Shown one piece after another: positions 13,311 through 27,912 of a stretch of 64,000 nt of DNA. The notes below the pieces were generated by a model. That model was not told the DNA's origin and did no database searches. It worked only from the letters and a program-made list of their open reading frames with translations. The position numbers and the translations under genes were made by a program. The stretch's first letter is position 1. Every line of letters starts with the position of its first letter. Source of the DNA: Eledone cirrhosa (Eukaryota); the NCBI GenBank assembly GCA_964016885.1, contig OZ024741.1, positions 49,476,001 through 49,540,000 of the forward strand, read 5' to 3'.

Positions 13311-14124
13311 TAAAAAAACGCTCGTTTGATTCTTTCATTACCATATTTATAATGACAGACACTCCGTCTAAACCCATGCTAGCGTGGAAGACAGACGTTA
13401 AACGATGATGATGACTGATTATAACCTTCAAATCCTTTTGAAAATACTAAAAAAAATTGGGGTATTTAAACTTTTTCATTTAGCCTTTTGATATCAATCT
13501 GCCTGAAATCACGGTGATTCTATGATACAAAACTACTCATTTTGAAGGATTTTTACCAGAGATGTTTGTTTGGTGTGGGCTGGTCATGTGTTGGTGTGTT
13601 GATGTCAGCAAAGCAATTTCCCCTATGCATTGATATCAACTGCTAATTATATATTTATTTTTAGTCATGGAATATAACTAACTCACATGACAAACTATAA
13701 CACATCAGAAATATAGAACATTTCAAAATAATAACAAGCATCATGTTTTTGTTAACGTAACATATAGAGTTCATAGAAAAGGAAAATATTTTCTTGAAAT
13801 CTAAATGTAATTAGATGTAGTTGAACTTGTGAGCAAGATGTATTGTACAAACTCTTTTAGAGAGAGAGAGAGATTGAATGTGTGAATATAGAGGTGGGAT
13901 AAAGATATGGCTTTAATGGCAAGCATCATTGCAAACCTGCTGGCTGGCTTAGCAGTTGGCCACAGTGGCCACGACTGCTACTGCCAAAATCTGTTTCCGA
14001 GTGAGGGAATTATCTGTCCTCTCGTTTATAGATACTTACTGGAAATGGCCAAATGCATATATGAAAATACAGCAGTAGTTTTGTAAAACTTTGCTACAGG
14101 TTCATATTTATATTAAAAACCTTT

Positions 14125-14310
14125 TTCTCCCACTTATTCCTGAGAGGGTCATGGAAGCAGAGTCCTCAAACACTCCTTCCAGCAGATTCTGTCAGAAGCA
14201 ACCATCTCCAACTGGATCCCCAAGTGGGACCTGGTAAGTTCATGGATATTATCCAACCATCTTGCTCAGGGTCTACCCCTGGATCTCCTGACAATTGGTT
14301 TTACCCATCC
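14125..14310 (-). mobile_element. RTE-like LINE family B, 3' fragment
   Basis: Homologous to 15255-15520. Confidence 0.65.
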
Positions 14311-15254
14311 ATCATAATTTTATTTGAGAAATTTTTGTCTAGTAATGTTCCAAACATAAGCTTAATGAGAAAGTTATTTTATTGAATACCTATATATCTT
14401 TGATAACATTAAAAATTAGTTGAAACATATTGGCAGTGTTTCATTAGAAATATGGTAACAAAAGAGTTAAGCTGGTGTTTGGAACAAAATTATGATGGAA
14501 GGTTTTTTTTGGGGTTTTTTTTTTTAGAACAGTTTCATATAATAGAACCAGGGTTGGTTTGGTATTAAAAGGGTTAACCCCATATCAGCCTTGGCTTGAT
14601 GTGTTCCAGCCATAATGATCTTGTCTTTTTGTATATCTATGATAACTTGTACTTCTTTTTTTCTAAAGATGGTAGGGTATGAATTGAGGGAGATTTGGCT
14701 GCTATTTCTAGCAGGTTGTAGAGGCCCACATGTTGGCATGCATAAATTGTAAGGTTAAGTTACGAAATTGTTAACCACATGTGCTAAAACACTATTACTT
14801 CATAGTTGAGAGGAAATCATAAAAGTGTATCAAGTCATAACAATGTCATTTGCTTGTATAAGAATTTGTAAAATTATCATGAGGAAGAATTTTTTTTTTG
14901 TTTTGCAAATGTTAATATTTATACAAATATAATGTTAAACTACAAAATAACTGCTTTTTTTTTTTATATGAAACTATTGTAAAATATATCTTCTGTATAT
15001 ATTCCTATATAAGTCACACTCCCTTTGTGTTTCTAATATTTTGGCCTTAGTCTTTGACCCGTATATAAATTGCATGTTGTTTTCTATAAATACTGTTTAC
15101 AACTTCACTTGTTGCATTTAAAAACGAAAAAGAAATGTTGAAATAATACACTTAGAGTATAGGAGGTATATATCATACTTTATCATATCAATTCTCTTAG
15201 AAGAACTATAGATATGTTGTTGGTTAAATGCTATGCTTAATTCTAAGTCTTCCT

Positions 15255-15520
15255 CTTTTCTTCACCCACTTATTCCTGAGAGGGTTGTGGGGGCAGAGTC
15301 CTCAAACACTGTTTCCAGTGGGTCATGTAAGAAGCAACTATCTCCAACTGATCCAGCTGGATCCCCAAGTGAGACCAGCCAAGCTCGGGGTCTTGCTCGG
15401 GGTCTACCCCTGGGTCTCTTACCTGTTGGTTTTGTCCGTAAAATCTGTCCAGTGATTCTTTCCTGAGACATTCTAACCACATGCCCATAGTATCGGAGCT
15501 GTGATCTCTCAATTCAGAGA
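15255..15520 (-). mobile_element. RTE-like LINE family B, 3' fragment
   Basis: VRMSQERITGQILRTKPTGKRPRGRPR. Confidence 0.75.
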
Positions 15521-15877
15521 ATTGTATAAATGAAAATTAAAATGATGATATAAAGGATTTCTATGTATAAGAGAATTTTAAGTTTTGTTGGCAAACCAGA
15601 AATTGTTTTTAAATATTAATGTCCTCTATCATATGAAGTTGCATTATCAAGACATTCTTGAAAATTACAAAACAGTACTGTGACTTCATATTAAAAATGA
15701 AAGTGTTTACTGCAAATTTTCACAATGCTCTATTCATTGATAAAGATACTATAAACAATTAAAATAACAATCCTGTTTATGAATTTTTTTGTTACATCAT
15801 TACAGGATGTTAAGAGTTAAAGGAAGTGTTCTCATCAGGAAGATCACAAAATATGATTTTCTAAATAAAGGGTAGTG

Positions 15878-16150
15878 CAGGTGTGTGGCTTAGTGGTAAG
15901 GGTGTTGGACTTACAATCATAATATCGTGGGTTTGATTCCAGGCTGGCTTGTGTGTTGTGTTCTTGAGCAAAACACTTCATTTGATGTTGCTCCAGTATA
16001 CTCAGCTGAAAATAAGTACCAGCAATAGCTGGGGTTTAACCCTACGATGGACTGGTGTCCTGTCCAGGGGGTAGTCATGTACTCTGTCGCTTCATGCGAT
16101 AAAACCTTGATAAGCACCGACCTGACAAAGCCTCCTGGCTTGAGACTGAC
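15878..16150 (+). mobile_element. tRNA-derived SINE
   Basis: A-box tggcttagtggtaag, B-box-like ggtttgattcc, central ttcttgagcaaaacactt. An inverted homolog lies at ~52170-52430. Confidence 0.75.
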
Positions 16151-16350
16151 TAACTAGACTGAAATAAAGGGCAGTGAAGGGTAGAATCGGGCAATTAGGC
16201 AAGTTCCTGTAACTGGTACAGCTAAATGTTGGGGTCTCACTCTAGACGTTTGAGTGTCCATCATAGTATTGGAAATGCTTAGCAGTGCCCAATTTCTCTC
16301 CAGAATAAGTAGAGCATTTTAGAAAAGGCTTTGCAGTATTTAGTTTGATA

Positions 16351-16710
16351 TAACCCTTTCATCATCATATTTCTAATGAAATGCACTCTACTTCAATTAG
16401 TTAGTGAAGAATTTTAAGTGATGTACTAAAATTTAAAATTGGAATAGGTTTTGGCTGAGTTGGTAAGAAAAAGGTTAACCCTTTCATGATCATATTTCTA
16501 ATGAAATACTCTCTATTTCAATTAGTTAATAATTTTGAGAGATTTACTAAAATTATCAATTATTTCATTACTAAGATTGTAACTTAATGTAAGGTTCTTA
16601 TATAAAGTTATGTTGTAAGATTTTAATTTAAATTGGAAACCTTTAAAATAGGTGATTTTATTTCATAGAATCTGAGCTGGTTTTGGCTGGGATGTTAAGG
16701 AAAGGATTTA
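16351..16710. mobile_element. Tandem pair of piggyBac-type MITEs sharing a TTAA
   Basis: taaccctttcat...aaaaaggTTAAccctttcat...; homologous to 51446-51680. Confidence 0.65.
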
Positions 16711-17699
16711 CACATCACCCAGATTAACACCACTTCTTACTGACTCTGTTCACATAGCAGTAAATATCCCTAGCCATGTATAATTTATATTTTCAGTGAT
16801 GGAATATGAACTAATTCTTAAGTTGGTAAGCTGACTTGATAAGCTACATACACTTTTCAAACAAATAAACCAACAAACATGAAGCAGTAGAAATATGTTT
16901 AAAAGGTTATAGAGGTACATCAGCATGGCTACAGTCTAATATCTGAAATAAAAGATATAGAGAATCATAAAGGGAGAAGTGCGGGACTGTTCCTGATATA
17001 TTTTTTTATCCCGTTAGTAAAATAAGTTGGATTACTTTGAATAAATAATGAATTAATATTACATAATTTATGTACTAAATTTCGTAGCTGTCGATTAAAC
17101 ATAAATATTCTTATATATAATTTTCTACTTTTGGTACAAGGCTAGCAATTACCCCAGTGTATTACTGGTACTTTATTCTTATATATAATGATTGCTTATT
17201 TTAAGGTTCACTTCTTTAAACATTTTTGAATGTCAATACTTCCGGTTATGATATAATGTACGCTATATCATATCGCTTATATAAACATTCATATATTTGC
17301 ATCATTATATAAGGTTTATAGTTCTGTTGCTAATTTTCTCCTTTTCCATTTTCATTATATTTTACCATAATGCAGTTTATATATAATATCGTCTTTTTTT
17401 AAATGTATCATGGATTACTTTACTTACAGAAGACAGTATAACACAGTCTCTCTTCAATTTCTGTGCATATTGTCAATTATGGTTTTATTTGATGTATCAT
17501 ATCTATATGCACACTACACATGCTAGCAGAAAACCACCCGAAGGGTGGTTTTTCTGATAGTTAGAATAATATTTGTAAAATCTACTAAACTTTAGTAGAT
17601 TTTACCAACATTTGAAAGTTTGATAAATGTGTGTGTGCATAAGGAAATATATACTAGCAAATTATGAATATAAATACCTTAACCCTTTTAATAGCAAAC

Positions 17700-17855
17700 T
17701 GCAGGTGACCCAGGGGTAGACACTGAGCTTGGCTGGTTTCGCTTGTGAATCCAGCCAGATCAGTTGGAGATGGTTGCTTTTGACAGGACCTGCTGGATGG
17801 AGTGTTTAAGGACTGTGCCCTCACGACCCTCTCACGAATATGTGGGCGAAGAAGA
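17700..17855 (+). mobile_element. RTE-like LINE family B, 3' end
   Basis: Homologous to 9450-9610; ends in gaagaaga. Confidence 0.6.
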
Positions 17856-18376
17856 CAATTTCTAAGCTTTCACAAAACTGTATTTTACAAATAGCAAATA
17901 CATACCCACTCACATGCATATGTGCATGTGCACACATACTCATGCACATACATGCACTCTAACACCTATCCATCCACACACACATACAAGTATTAAAAAC
18001 TGAAAGTTCAGTTGAAAGTGTCTACCCTACTAACTTAAGTGTAGAAAAATAACTCATGAATGTGACTATTGTTTTATAACAAAAGCTTAAGTGATCTTTC
18101 AGATATCACAAATTGTTGCATGTTGTGATTATATCTATATCATCTTTCATGTAATTCTTCTGATAACTCACCTTTGATTTGCTTGAATTACTTTTTCTAC
18201 TGGTTTTACTCAATAGACAGCAGCCATATTGAGGCACCAAGTTCGTTTAGTTGATCACATTGACTCACACTACTTACTTTTTCAACTCTGGTGCTTGTTT
18301 TACAGCATGTACTCAAATACGGGTGGACATATACATACACACATGCATGCATACACATACATACACATATACAATG

Positions 18377-18718
18377 GAGGCACATGGCTTAGTGGTTAGA
18401 GCATTGGCCTTGCAATCGAAAGGTTGTGAGTTCAATTCTCAGACCGGGTGATGTGTTGTTTCCTTGAGCAAGACACTTTATTTCACATTGCTCCAGTTTA
18501 CTCAGCTGTAGAAATGAGATGATAAGGACTGGGGGTCCATATCATTCCACTGCAAAGTGGTCGTGGGGGCGCCACGGAAAAAAAGCACCCAGCACTCACT
18601 GTAAATGAGGTTGGTGTTAGGAAGGGCATCCAGCTGTAGAAATCAAGCCAGAATCGGTTCCCGTCCCACCCTTGCAAGCAGGGAAAAGTGGACGTAAAAT
18701 GAAATGATGATGATGACA
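18377..18718 (+). mobile_element. tRNA-derived SINE with RTE-derived 3' tail
   Basis: A-box tggcttagtggttag, B-box gagttcaattc; the 3' half matches the RTE 3' UTR (gttggtgttaggaagggcatccagctgtagaa) and ends in (GAT)n. Confidence 0.85.
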
Positions 18719-18726
18719 TACACATG

Positions 18727-19022
<296 letters not shown>

Positions 19023-19372
19023 TCATACATATACACACATACATTCATACATAAACACATACACACACATACATACATACACACACACAAATACCCACAT
19101 ACATAAGTACATACCCACATACCTACACACGTCATTTAATGTCAATTTTTTCCATGCCTGCATGGGACAGATAGGCTGTCACATCATGTGACCAGACAGG
19201 TCAGGTGACCATGTCTTTCTGATACAGATCTTTTTTTTTTTTTTACAGCTGAAGGTTTTTGTTAACTCTCTATCTTACAGGGTGGACTGGGTACTTTTCG
19301 TTGTATCATCACCACCACCGTATATGGTGTACAAACGTGTGGCTTGTGTGTGTGTGCATACACACACACACA

Positions 19373-20174
<802 letters not shown>

Positions 20175-20175
20175 A

Positions 20176-20361
20176 TTGTTATATTTGGGGAGGGTCATAT
20201 TGTTATAATATTGCCAGAAATAATAATAAAACACACTCACTGTTTGGTTTGAATTGGTTTTCGCTTCTGTATATTTTATATCCCTATAGTTAAACAGTGA
20301 GTGTGTTTTATTATTATTTTTGGCAATATTATAACAATATTACCCTCCCCAAATATAACAA
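20176..20361. repeat. Inverted repeat with 70-bp arms and a 46-bp spacer
   Basis: 20176-20245 is the reverse complement of 20292-20361 with 2 mismatches; homologous to 60080-60195. Confidence 0.9.
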
Positions 20362-20442
20362 GATTTGTTTCAACACACGATTTCATATAAAAAACCTTGC
20401 AAAACAAATATATATATAAAGTTATATCTGTATATATACATA

Positions 20443-20737
20443 TGACCATGACCTCTGGTGTCACGCAGGTACAAACTGAAGGTACAAACCGAAGCTGAAG
20501 CATATAGACAATATGCCTCCACACCCTCCCACTGCAAAGTGGTTGTGAAGGTGCTACGGCAAAAAAGCACCCACTGTAAATGAGGTTGGTGTTAGGAAGG
20601 GCATCCAGCTGTAGAAATCAAGCCAGAATCGGTTCCCGTATGAGCAAGGCATGGTCAGCCGACCGGATACTGCCCACAACAGGACAACCCGTCTAACCCA
20701 TGCTAGCATGGAAGAACGGACGTAAAATGATGATGAT
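20443..20737 (+). mobile_element. RTE LINE family A, 3' end
   Basis: Homologous to the reverse complement of 47590-47975; (GAT)n tail. Confidence 0.8.
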
Positions 20738-23658
20738 ATAGAGTGGGTAACTGAGACTGCATGAGTGTCATCATCATCATCATCATCGTTCTATCTTCCA
20801 CGCTAGCATGGGTTTAGGTATATAGATATTCACATTTTTAATAGGTAGGCATGTAAACATGCCAGAAAATATGAATTATATATATATAATCATCACCATT
20901 TAACATCTATTTCCCATGTTTGTATGGGTTAAGACTTATATTTAGAGACTAGGCAGATCAGATGACTGTATCACTCATATGTTCCATTCTGGGCCTCCAT
21001 AACTGCGTGCCCTTACTATTGCCAATCACTTCACAGCATGGTATGAGAAGAATAAGTGGGCGAAGAAGAAAAAGAAGTATTTGGGCTTGAATGGATTGAT
21101 TTTCTCTATGTATGAGTGTATATCATTATCATTTTTACATCCACTTTTCCATGCTGGCATAGGTTGGACTGGATGTTTTGAGACAATGTTTTACATCTTG
21201 ATGCCCTTCCTGATGTCAACCCTTTTAGTTCTCACAACACAAAGAGTGTATCCTGTTTAACTGTTGACTGTCGCATACATTTTACACAGCTACAGTTGCT
21301 GTGTTGAGTTTTATTTTCAGTAAAATGATTTTTTTTTTAACCAAACATTTATTAACAACACATATTTGAATGATTGACAAACTTCACATCAATAAACTAG
21401 TGACCTCACCTAGCTTTGAAGTTATGAACTGTTGGTAAAAAGTTCAAATATGTTAGGATGAGTTATCTCCTTTACGGCACTGAAGAGGTTAAGGAGGAAG
21501 ACCTTTGAAGTGGAGTGGCTGTTGCAGTAGGTGTTGCTGGCTGTCATCTATAGCAATGCTTTCATCATTTTGACTGTGGGGCACAGCTCCTTTCCCTTAA
21601 CTTTGCCATTTAATGTTAGTTCTTTTTTCTTTTTTTTTATAAGCAAATGTTGAATTGTAAATTTCTTTTGCTTTAAAATAAAGTTTACATGCTGTAGTAA
21701 TTATTTAACTCACTGCTACTCTCAGATCTCTGCTTATTAATTTTTTTCCTAATCTATCTCTGGCGAAATTTCTTTTTTTTTTTTTTCTAAATCAACTGGA
21801 CAACCTAGAAAAATTACCGCCCCCCCCCCCACTTATTCCAACTCCCTTGCTTATTTCAACACTCCCACTTGTTCTACCCCTTTATTATTTAGGACCCAAG
21901 AGTATCTTATATATTTAGCTGGTTCAAATACTTACTGTATGCAAACTCATATTTCCTTATCTTCTGTTTCTGTTTTCAACAATTTCTTATATCTCATCCA
22001 ATATTTATGTACTCATGCACTTCTCTCCAATATCACTTTCCTTTCACAAATCTATTTGACTGACTGTGTTATACCATTCACTCTTTTTTTTCTCAAGATA
22101 TCTCTAGAATGTTCTGTTCTGTTTTTATATCTTAACAGAAATATCACTGTTCTAATTACAGATTTGAAAATGTTTCACAAAAATATTGCATTACTCTGAA
22201 TCTAATGATCTTTTATGATATAGATTTTTGTGGGGTTTATAGTTTTATTATTTGAAACATTTTCTGATCATAAATAACTGATGGAACATCACATTTTTTT
22301 GTACAAAAAATATATTTATATCTGTGTACTAGATAAGCGTCTTATTGAATTTTCAGTGAGTAATTTTAGTACTTGCTTTTTACAATTTTTTGTTAGTAAA
22401 GCTATAATAACTTCAAGCTTTTTGCAAAAAATCTTAATATTTTAGTATTTAAAATAAGTTAGGTATCAAAACAATTAGGTTGATCATTTTATTTAACGGG
22501 GTTTGGATTTTTGCCCATTCTTCAGGCATAAAATAGGAGGGTCACCTTATTTAAATTGGCTTATATTTGAGTATATATGATACTTCCAAATATGACATTA
22601 AATGAGCAAGTATAAGTTTTACATTTTCTCTAAATTTGTTATTCAGTAGTTTCATTGATGTGCCTTTTCACTAAAAGATTTCATATTTTACTGGGAGATT
22701 ATTTTCATATGTGAATATTTAAAATTGTTTTATTATTCATACAAAGAACTGTAATGCTCTTAAAAGATCTTTAACTAGATGCTTAAAAGCAATTCTTGTC
22801 CATAATAACCATTGTATATCTCGAAATATGTAGTTAAAGTTTTCTAAGATGTTTTTAATCTCAAGCATAGAGAGATTTTAAAGGCAGGTTTGGTTAACTG
22901 TAGGTTAAACATGCTCCTATAGAAACAAAGGGTAATAGAAATGAGTAGTGTGATATGTTGCTTTCTCACTGTCAAGTCATCTGTTGGAGGTTTAATCTCA
23001 TTTTAAAGGTCTTGAATAATATCTGAGGTAGCGAAATGCCCCATCTAGATTGTGATGTTGCAATGTCTCTGTTGTTCGTTTTGCAGTAAATTGAATCTAC
23101 TCCCTCTTCACTATTCATTATTTCCTTCATCATCATCATCTGTCCGCTTTCCCTGCTAGCAAGGGTTGAATGGGTCTATATAGACAGTCAGTACTGAAGC
23201 AGAGCTACTGACCTCCCAGACAAGCCGAGGGGTCAGTATTTCACTTATGTACGGTCATATTGACTGCAGAGAAGTTGTCTTTTGACACAAACTGAAGGGT
23301 CCTCCTAACCCATTTGACAAGCTTTCTATTGCTGGATGCCTTTCTTAACACCAACCACTATACAGTGTGTACTGGGTTCTTTTATTGTATAGATCACCAG
23401 CACTAGGGAGGCTGTCATGTCCTTCTTAAGTAACTTGAAACCTAATAACCAATATCATAGCTTGTATTTTCACATTCACTTTTGGGGAATCCTTTGGCAG
23501 TACTAAACTACGTAGAGCTTCTAGTGTGCCTGGTGATTGACTGTATAACATTACAGCAGGTGATGAGGACAAATATTGTACATATTTATATTCAGTAAAT
23601 TGTCAGAGCAAGTTCTATATCATAGGTTATTTGATCTTTTCATAGTAAGGCTATAAAG

Positions 23659-24421
23659 TAGGGTTTCCCAAACTAGGTGATATTGCCCACCAGTGGGTGA
23701 TTTCAACTGTTGGGTGGACAATGAACAACTAAACAGAAAACGGTTAGCAATTTGAAATTTTGGCACATGGCTTAGTGGTTAGAGCATTGGGCTTGCAATC
23801 GAAAAGTTGTGAGTTCAATTCTCGGACCGGGTGATGTGTTGTTTCCTTGAACAAGACACTTTATTTCACATTGCTCCAGTTTACTCAGCTGTAGAAATGA
23901 GATGATAGGACTGGGGTCCCTATCATTCCACTGCAAAGTGGTCGTGGGGGTGCCACGGCAAAAAAAGCACCCAGCCTACACTGTAAAGTAGACGTGTTGG
24001 CGCCACGGAAAAAAAGCACCCAGCACTCACTGTAAATGAGGTTGGTGTTAGGAAGGGCATCCAGCTGTAGAAAGCAAGCCAAAAATCAGTTCCTGTATGA
24101 GCAAGACAAGGTCAGCTGACTGGACACTGTCCACAACAGGATAACCTGTCTAACCCATGCTAGTGTGGAAGAACGGACGTAAAATGATGATGATGATGAT
24201 AGGATTTTGAGTATTAAAGCATTTCAACATATGCTACCTAAAAGAAACGAGATATGCAAAGAACCCATAAAGAAATGGGAGGCTAAATGGTAATAATGAA
24301 CCAGTAACAAACTTTAACCAAATATTTTTGATATGCTTTTGAATATTTATTATACAAGTGGGTGGTGGAAAATTTTTCCAAGTGAAAGTGGGTGATGACG
24401 CAAAAAAGATTGCGAACCCTT
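23659..24421. mobile_element. Degenerate hAT-like MITE interrupted by a SINE
   Basis: Ends tagggtttcccaaact / agattgcgaaccct resemble the TIRs at 44606-44791; TSD not clear. Confidence 0.4.
23762..24200 (+). mobile_element. tRNA-derived SINE with RTE-derived 3' tail
   Basis: Head nearly identical to the 18377 copy; tail matches the RTE 3' UTR at 47600-47880. Confidence 0.85.
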
Positions 24422-24618
24422 GATGCTAAGCATGTGAACCCTTGATACAAAGCATGTATTTTATTATTTTTGTTGTTGCTGCTGCTAGGAATATTAACTT
24501 CATTGGTTGAAATGTAGTTTGTCTTTCTTTTATAGAAAGTGAATTAGGTATGGAGGACTTCCAGTACATAGATCATGGGTTCATATTAGTTGTAGGTGTT
24601 TCAATATGGTTTGTGTTG

Positions 24619-24651
<33 letters not shown>

Positions 24652-24879
24652 GTTTAACTTCCACGCTAGCATGGACTCTATAAGCTTCTGTTAAATTAGT
24701 TGTCAAGGCAACTGATCTTCTGCAAAAGTAGTAACCTGTGGTTAATTGAAATCTTGTCTAAAACAAAATTTATTTTTAGATGACAATACATTTTCATCTA
24801 GAATGAAACTTATTTCATAAGTTATTTCTTAACTTGTGAGAATAATCAAAAACAAGAAATAAGAAAGCAGGTTTACATT

Positions 24880-27800
24880 GATGGCAGGAGACTCTTGTAG
24901 AGAGATGACTGGTGGTTTGATCATTTGATGGCAAGACACTCTTGTAGAGAGATGACTGGTGGTTTGATCATTTGATGGTAGGAGACTCTTGTAGGGAGAT
25001 GACTGGTGGTTTGATCATTTGATGGTAGGAGAATCTTGTAGGGAGATGACTGGTGGTTTGATCATTTGATGGTAGGAGAGTCTTGTAGGGAGATGACTGG
25101 TGATTTGATCATTTGATGGTAGGAGAGTCTTGTAGGGAGATGACTGGTGGTTTGATCATTTGATGGTAGGAGGATCTTGTAGGGAGATGACTGGTGGTTT
25201 GATCATTTGATGGTAGGAGGATCTTGTAGGGAGATGACTGGTGGTTTGATCATTTGATGGTAGGAGAATCTTGTAGGGAGATGACTGGTGGTTTGATCAT
25301 TTGATGGTAGGAGAATCTTGTAGGGAGATGACTGGTGGTTTGATCATTTGATAGTAGGAGACTCTTATAGGGAGATGACTGGTGGTTTGATCATTTGATG
25401 GTAGGAGAATCTTGTAGGGAGATGACTGGTGGTTTGATCATTTGATGGTAGGAGAGTCTTGTAGGGAGATGACTGGTGGTTTGATCATTTGATGGTAGGA
25501 GAATCTTGTAGGGAGATGACTGGTGATTTGATCATGTGATGGTAGGAGAATCTTGTAGGGAGATGACTGGTGGTTTGATCATGTGATGGTAGGAGAATCT
25601 TGTAGGGAGATGACTGGTGGTTTGATCATTTGATGGTAGGAGAGTATTGTAGGGAGATGTCTGGTGGTTTGATCATTTGATGGTAGGAGAATCTTGTAGG
25701 GAGATGGCTGGTGGTTTGATCATTTGATGGTAGGAGAATCTTGTAGGGAGATGACTGGTGGTTTGATCATTTGATGGTAGGAGAGTCTTGTAGAGAGATG
25801 ACTGGTGGTTTGATCATTTGATGGTAGGAGAGTATTGTAGGTAGATGACTGGTGGTTTGATCATTTGATGGTGGGAGACTCTTGTAGGGAGATGTCTGGA
25901 GGTTTGATCATTTGATGGTAGGAGAATCTTGTAGGGAGATGACTGGTGGTTTGATCATTTGATGGTAGGAGAATCTTGTAGGGAGATGACTGGTGGTTTG
26001 ATAATTTGATGGTAGGAGAGTTTTGTAGAGAGATGACTGGTGGTTTGATCATTTGATGGTAGGAGACTCTTGTAGAGAGATGACTGGTGGTTTGATCATT
26101 TGATGGTAGGAGAATCTTGTAGGGGGATGACTGGTGGTTTGATCATTTGATGGTAGGAGAGTCTTGTAGGGAGATGACTGGTGGTTTGATCATTTGATGG
26201 CAAGACACTCTTGTAGAGAGATGACTGGTGGTTTGATCATTTGATGGTAGGAGAATCTTGTAGGGAGATGACTGGTGGTTTGATCATGTGATGGTAGGAG
26301 AATCTTGTAGGGAGATGACTGGTGGTTTGATGGTAGGAGACTCTTGTAGGGAGATGACTGGTGGTTTGATCATTTGATGGTAGGAGACTCTTGTAGGGAG
26401 ATGACTGGTGGTTTGATCATTTGATGGTAGGAGAGTCTTGTAGGGAGATGACTGGTGGTTTGATCATTTGATGGTAGGAGAGTATTGTAGGTAGATGACT
26501 GGTGGTTTGATCATTTGATGGTAGGAGACTCTTGTAGGGAGATGTCTGGTGGTTTGATCATTTGATGGTAGGAGAATCTTGTAGGGAGATGGCTGGTGGT
26601 TTGATCATTTGATGGTAGGAGAATCTTGTAGGGAGATGACTGGTGGTTTGATCATTTGATGGTAAGAGATGACTAGTGGTTTGATCATTTGATGGTAGGA
26701 GACTCTTGTAGGGAGATGTCTGGTGGTTTGATCATTTGATGGTAGGAGAATCTTGTAGGGAGATGACTGGTGGTTTGATCATTTGATGGTAGGAGAATCT
26801 TGTAGGGAGATGACTGGTGGTTTGATCATTTGATGGTAGGAGACTCTTGTAGAGAGATGACTGGTAGTTTGGTCATTTGATGGTAGGAGAATCTTGTAGG
26901 GAGATGACTGGTGGTTTGATCATTTGATGGTAGGAGAATCTTGTAGGGAGATGACTGGTGGTTTGATCATGTGATGGTAGGAGAATCTTGTAGGGAGATG
27001 ACTGGTGGTTTGATCATGTGATGGTAGGAGAATCTTGTAGGGAGATGACTGGTGATTTGATCATTTGATGGTAGGAGACTCTTGTAGAGAGATGACTGGT
27101 GGTTTGATCATTTGATGGTAGGAGACTCTTGTAGAGAGATGACTGGTGGTTTGATCATTTGATGGTAGGAGAGTATTGTAGGTAGATGACTGGTGGTTTG
27201 ATCATTTGATAGTAGGAGACTCTTGTAGGGAGATGTCTGGTGGTTTGATCATTTGCTGGTAGGAGAATCTTGTAGGGAGATGGCTGGTGGTTTGATCATT
27301 TGATGGTAGGAGAATCTTGTAGGGAGATGACTGGTGGTTTGATCATTTGATGGTAGGAGAGTCTTGTAGAGAGATGACTGGTGGTTTGATCATTTGATGG
27401 TAGGAGAGTTTTGTAGAGAGATGACTGGTGGTTTGATCATTTGATGGTAGGAGACTCTTGTAGAGAGATGACTGGTGGTTTGATCATTTGATGGTAGGAG
27501 AATCTTGTAGGGAGATGACTGGTGGTTTGATCATTTGATGGTAGGAGAATCTTGTAGGGAGATGACTGGTGGTTTGATCATTTGATGTGGGAGAGTCTTG
27601 TAGAGAGATGACTGGTGGTTTGATCATTTGATGGTAGGAGACTCTTGTAGAGAGATGACTGGTGGTTTGATCATTTGATGGTAGACTCTTGTAGGGAGAT
27701 GACTGGTGGTTTGATCATTTGATGGTAGGAGAATCTTGTAGGGAGATGACTGGTGGTTTGATCATTTGATGGTAGGAGAGTCTTGTAGGGAGATGACTGG

Positions 27801-27912
27801 TGATTTGATCATTTCATGGGAGGAGAGTCTTGTAGGGAGATTGCTGGTGGTTTGATCATTTGATGGTAGGAGTATCTTGTAGGGAGATGACTGGTGGTTT
27901 GATCATTTGATG
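24880..27912. repeat. 47-bp tandem satellite, ~64 copies
   Basis: Unit gatggtaggagaatcttgtagggagatgactggtggtttgatcattt (e.g. starts at 25021 and 25068); no unique spacers. Confidence 0.97.

Noticed and set aside
17527-17556. Bacterial rho-independent terminator
   Set aside because: Eukaryotic context with no upstream gene; kept only as a hairpin finding.
18377-18450. tRNA gene
   Set aside because: A and B boxes are present but run into a SINE body; no complete cloverleaf evident.
24536-24547. 12-nt micro-exon (tatag|aaagtgaattag|gtatgg)
   Set aside because: Such site pairs occur by chance; cannot be supported without transcripts.
24880-27912. CRISPR-like regular array
   Set aside because: Units are contiguous with no unique spacers, there are no cas genes, and the context is eukaryotic.
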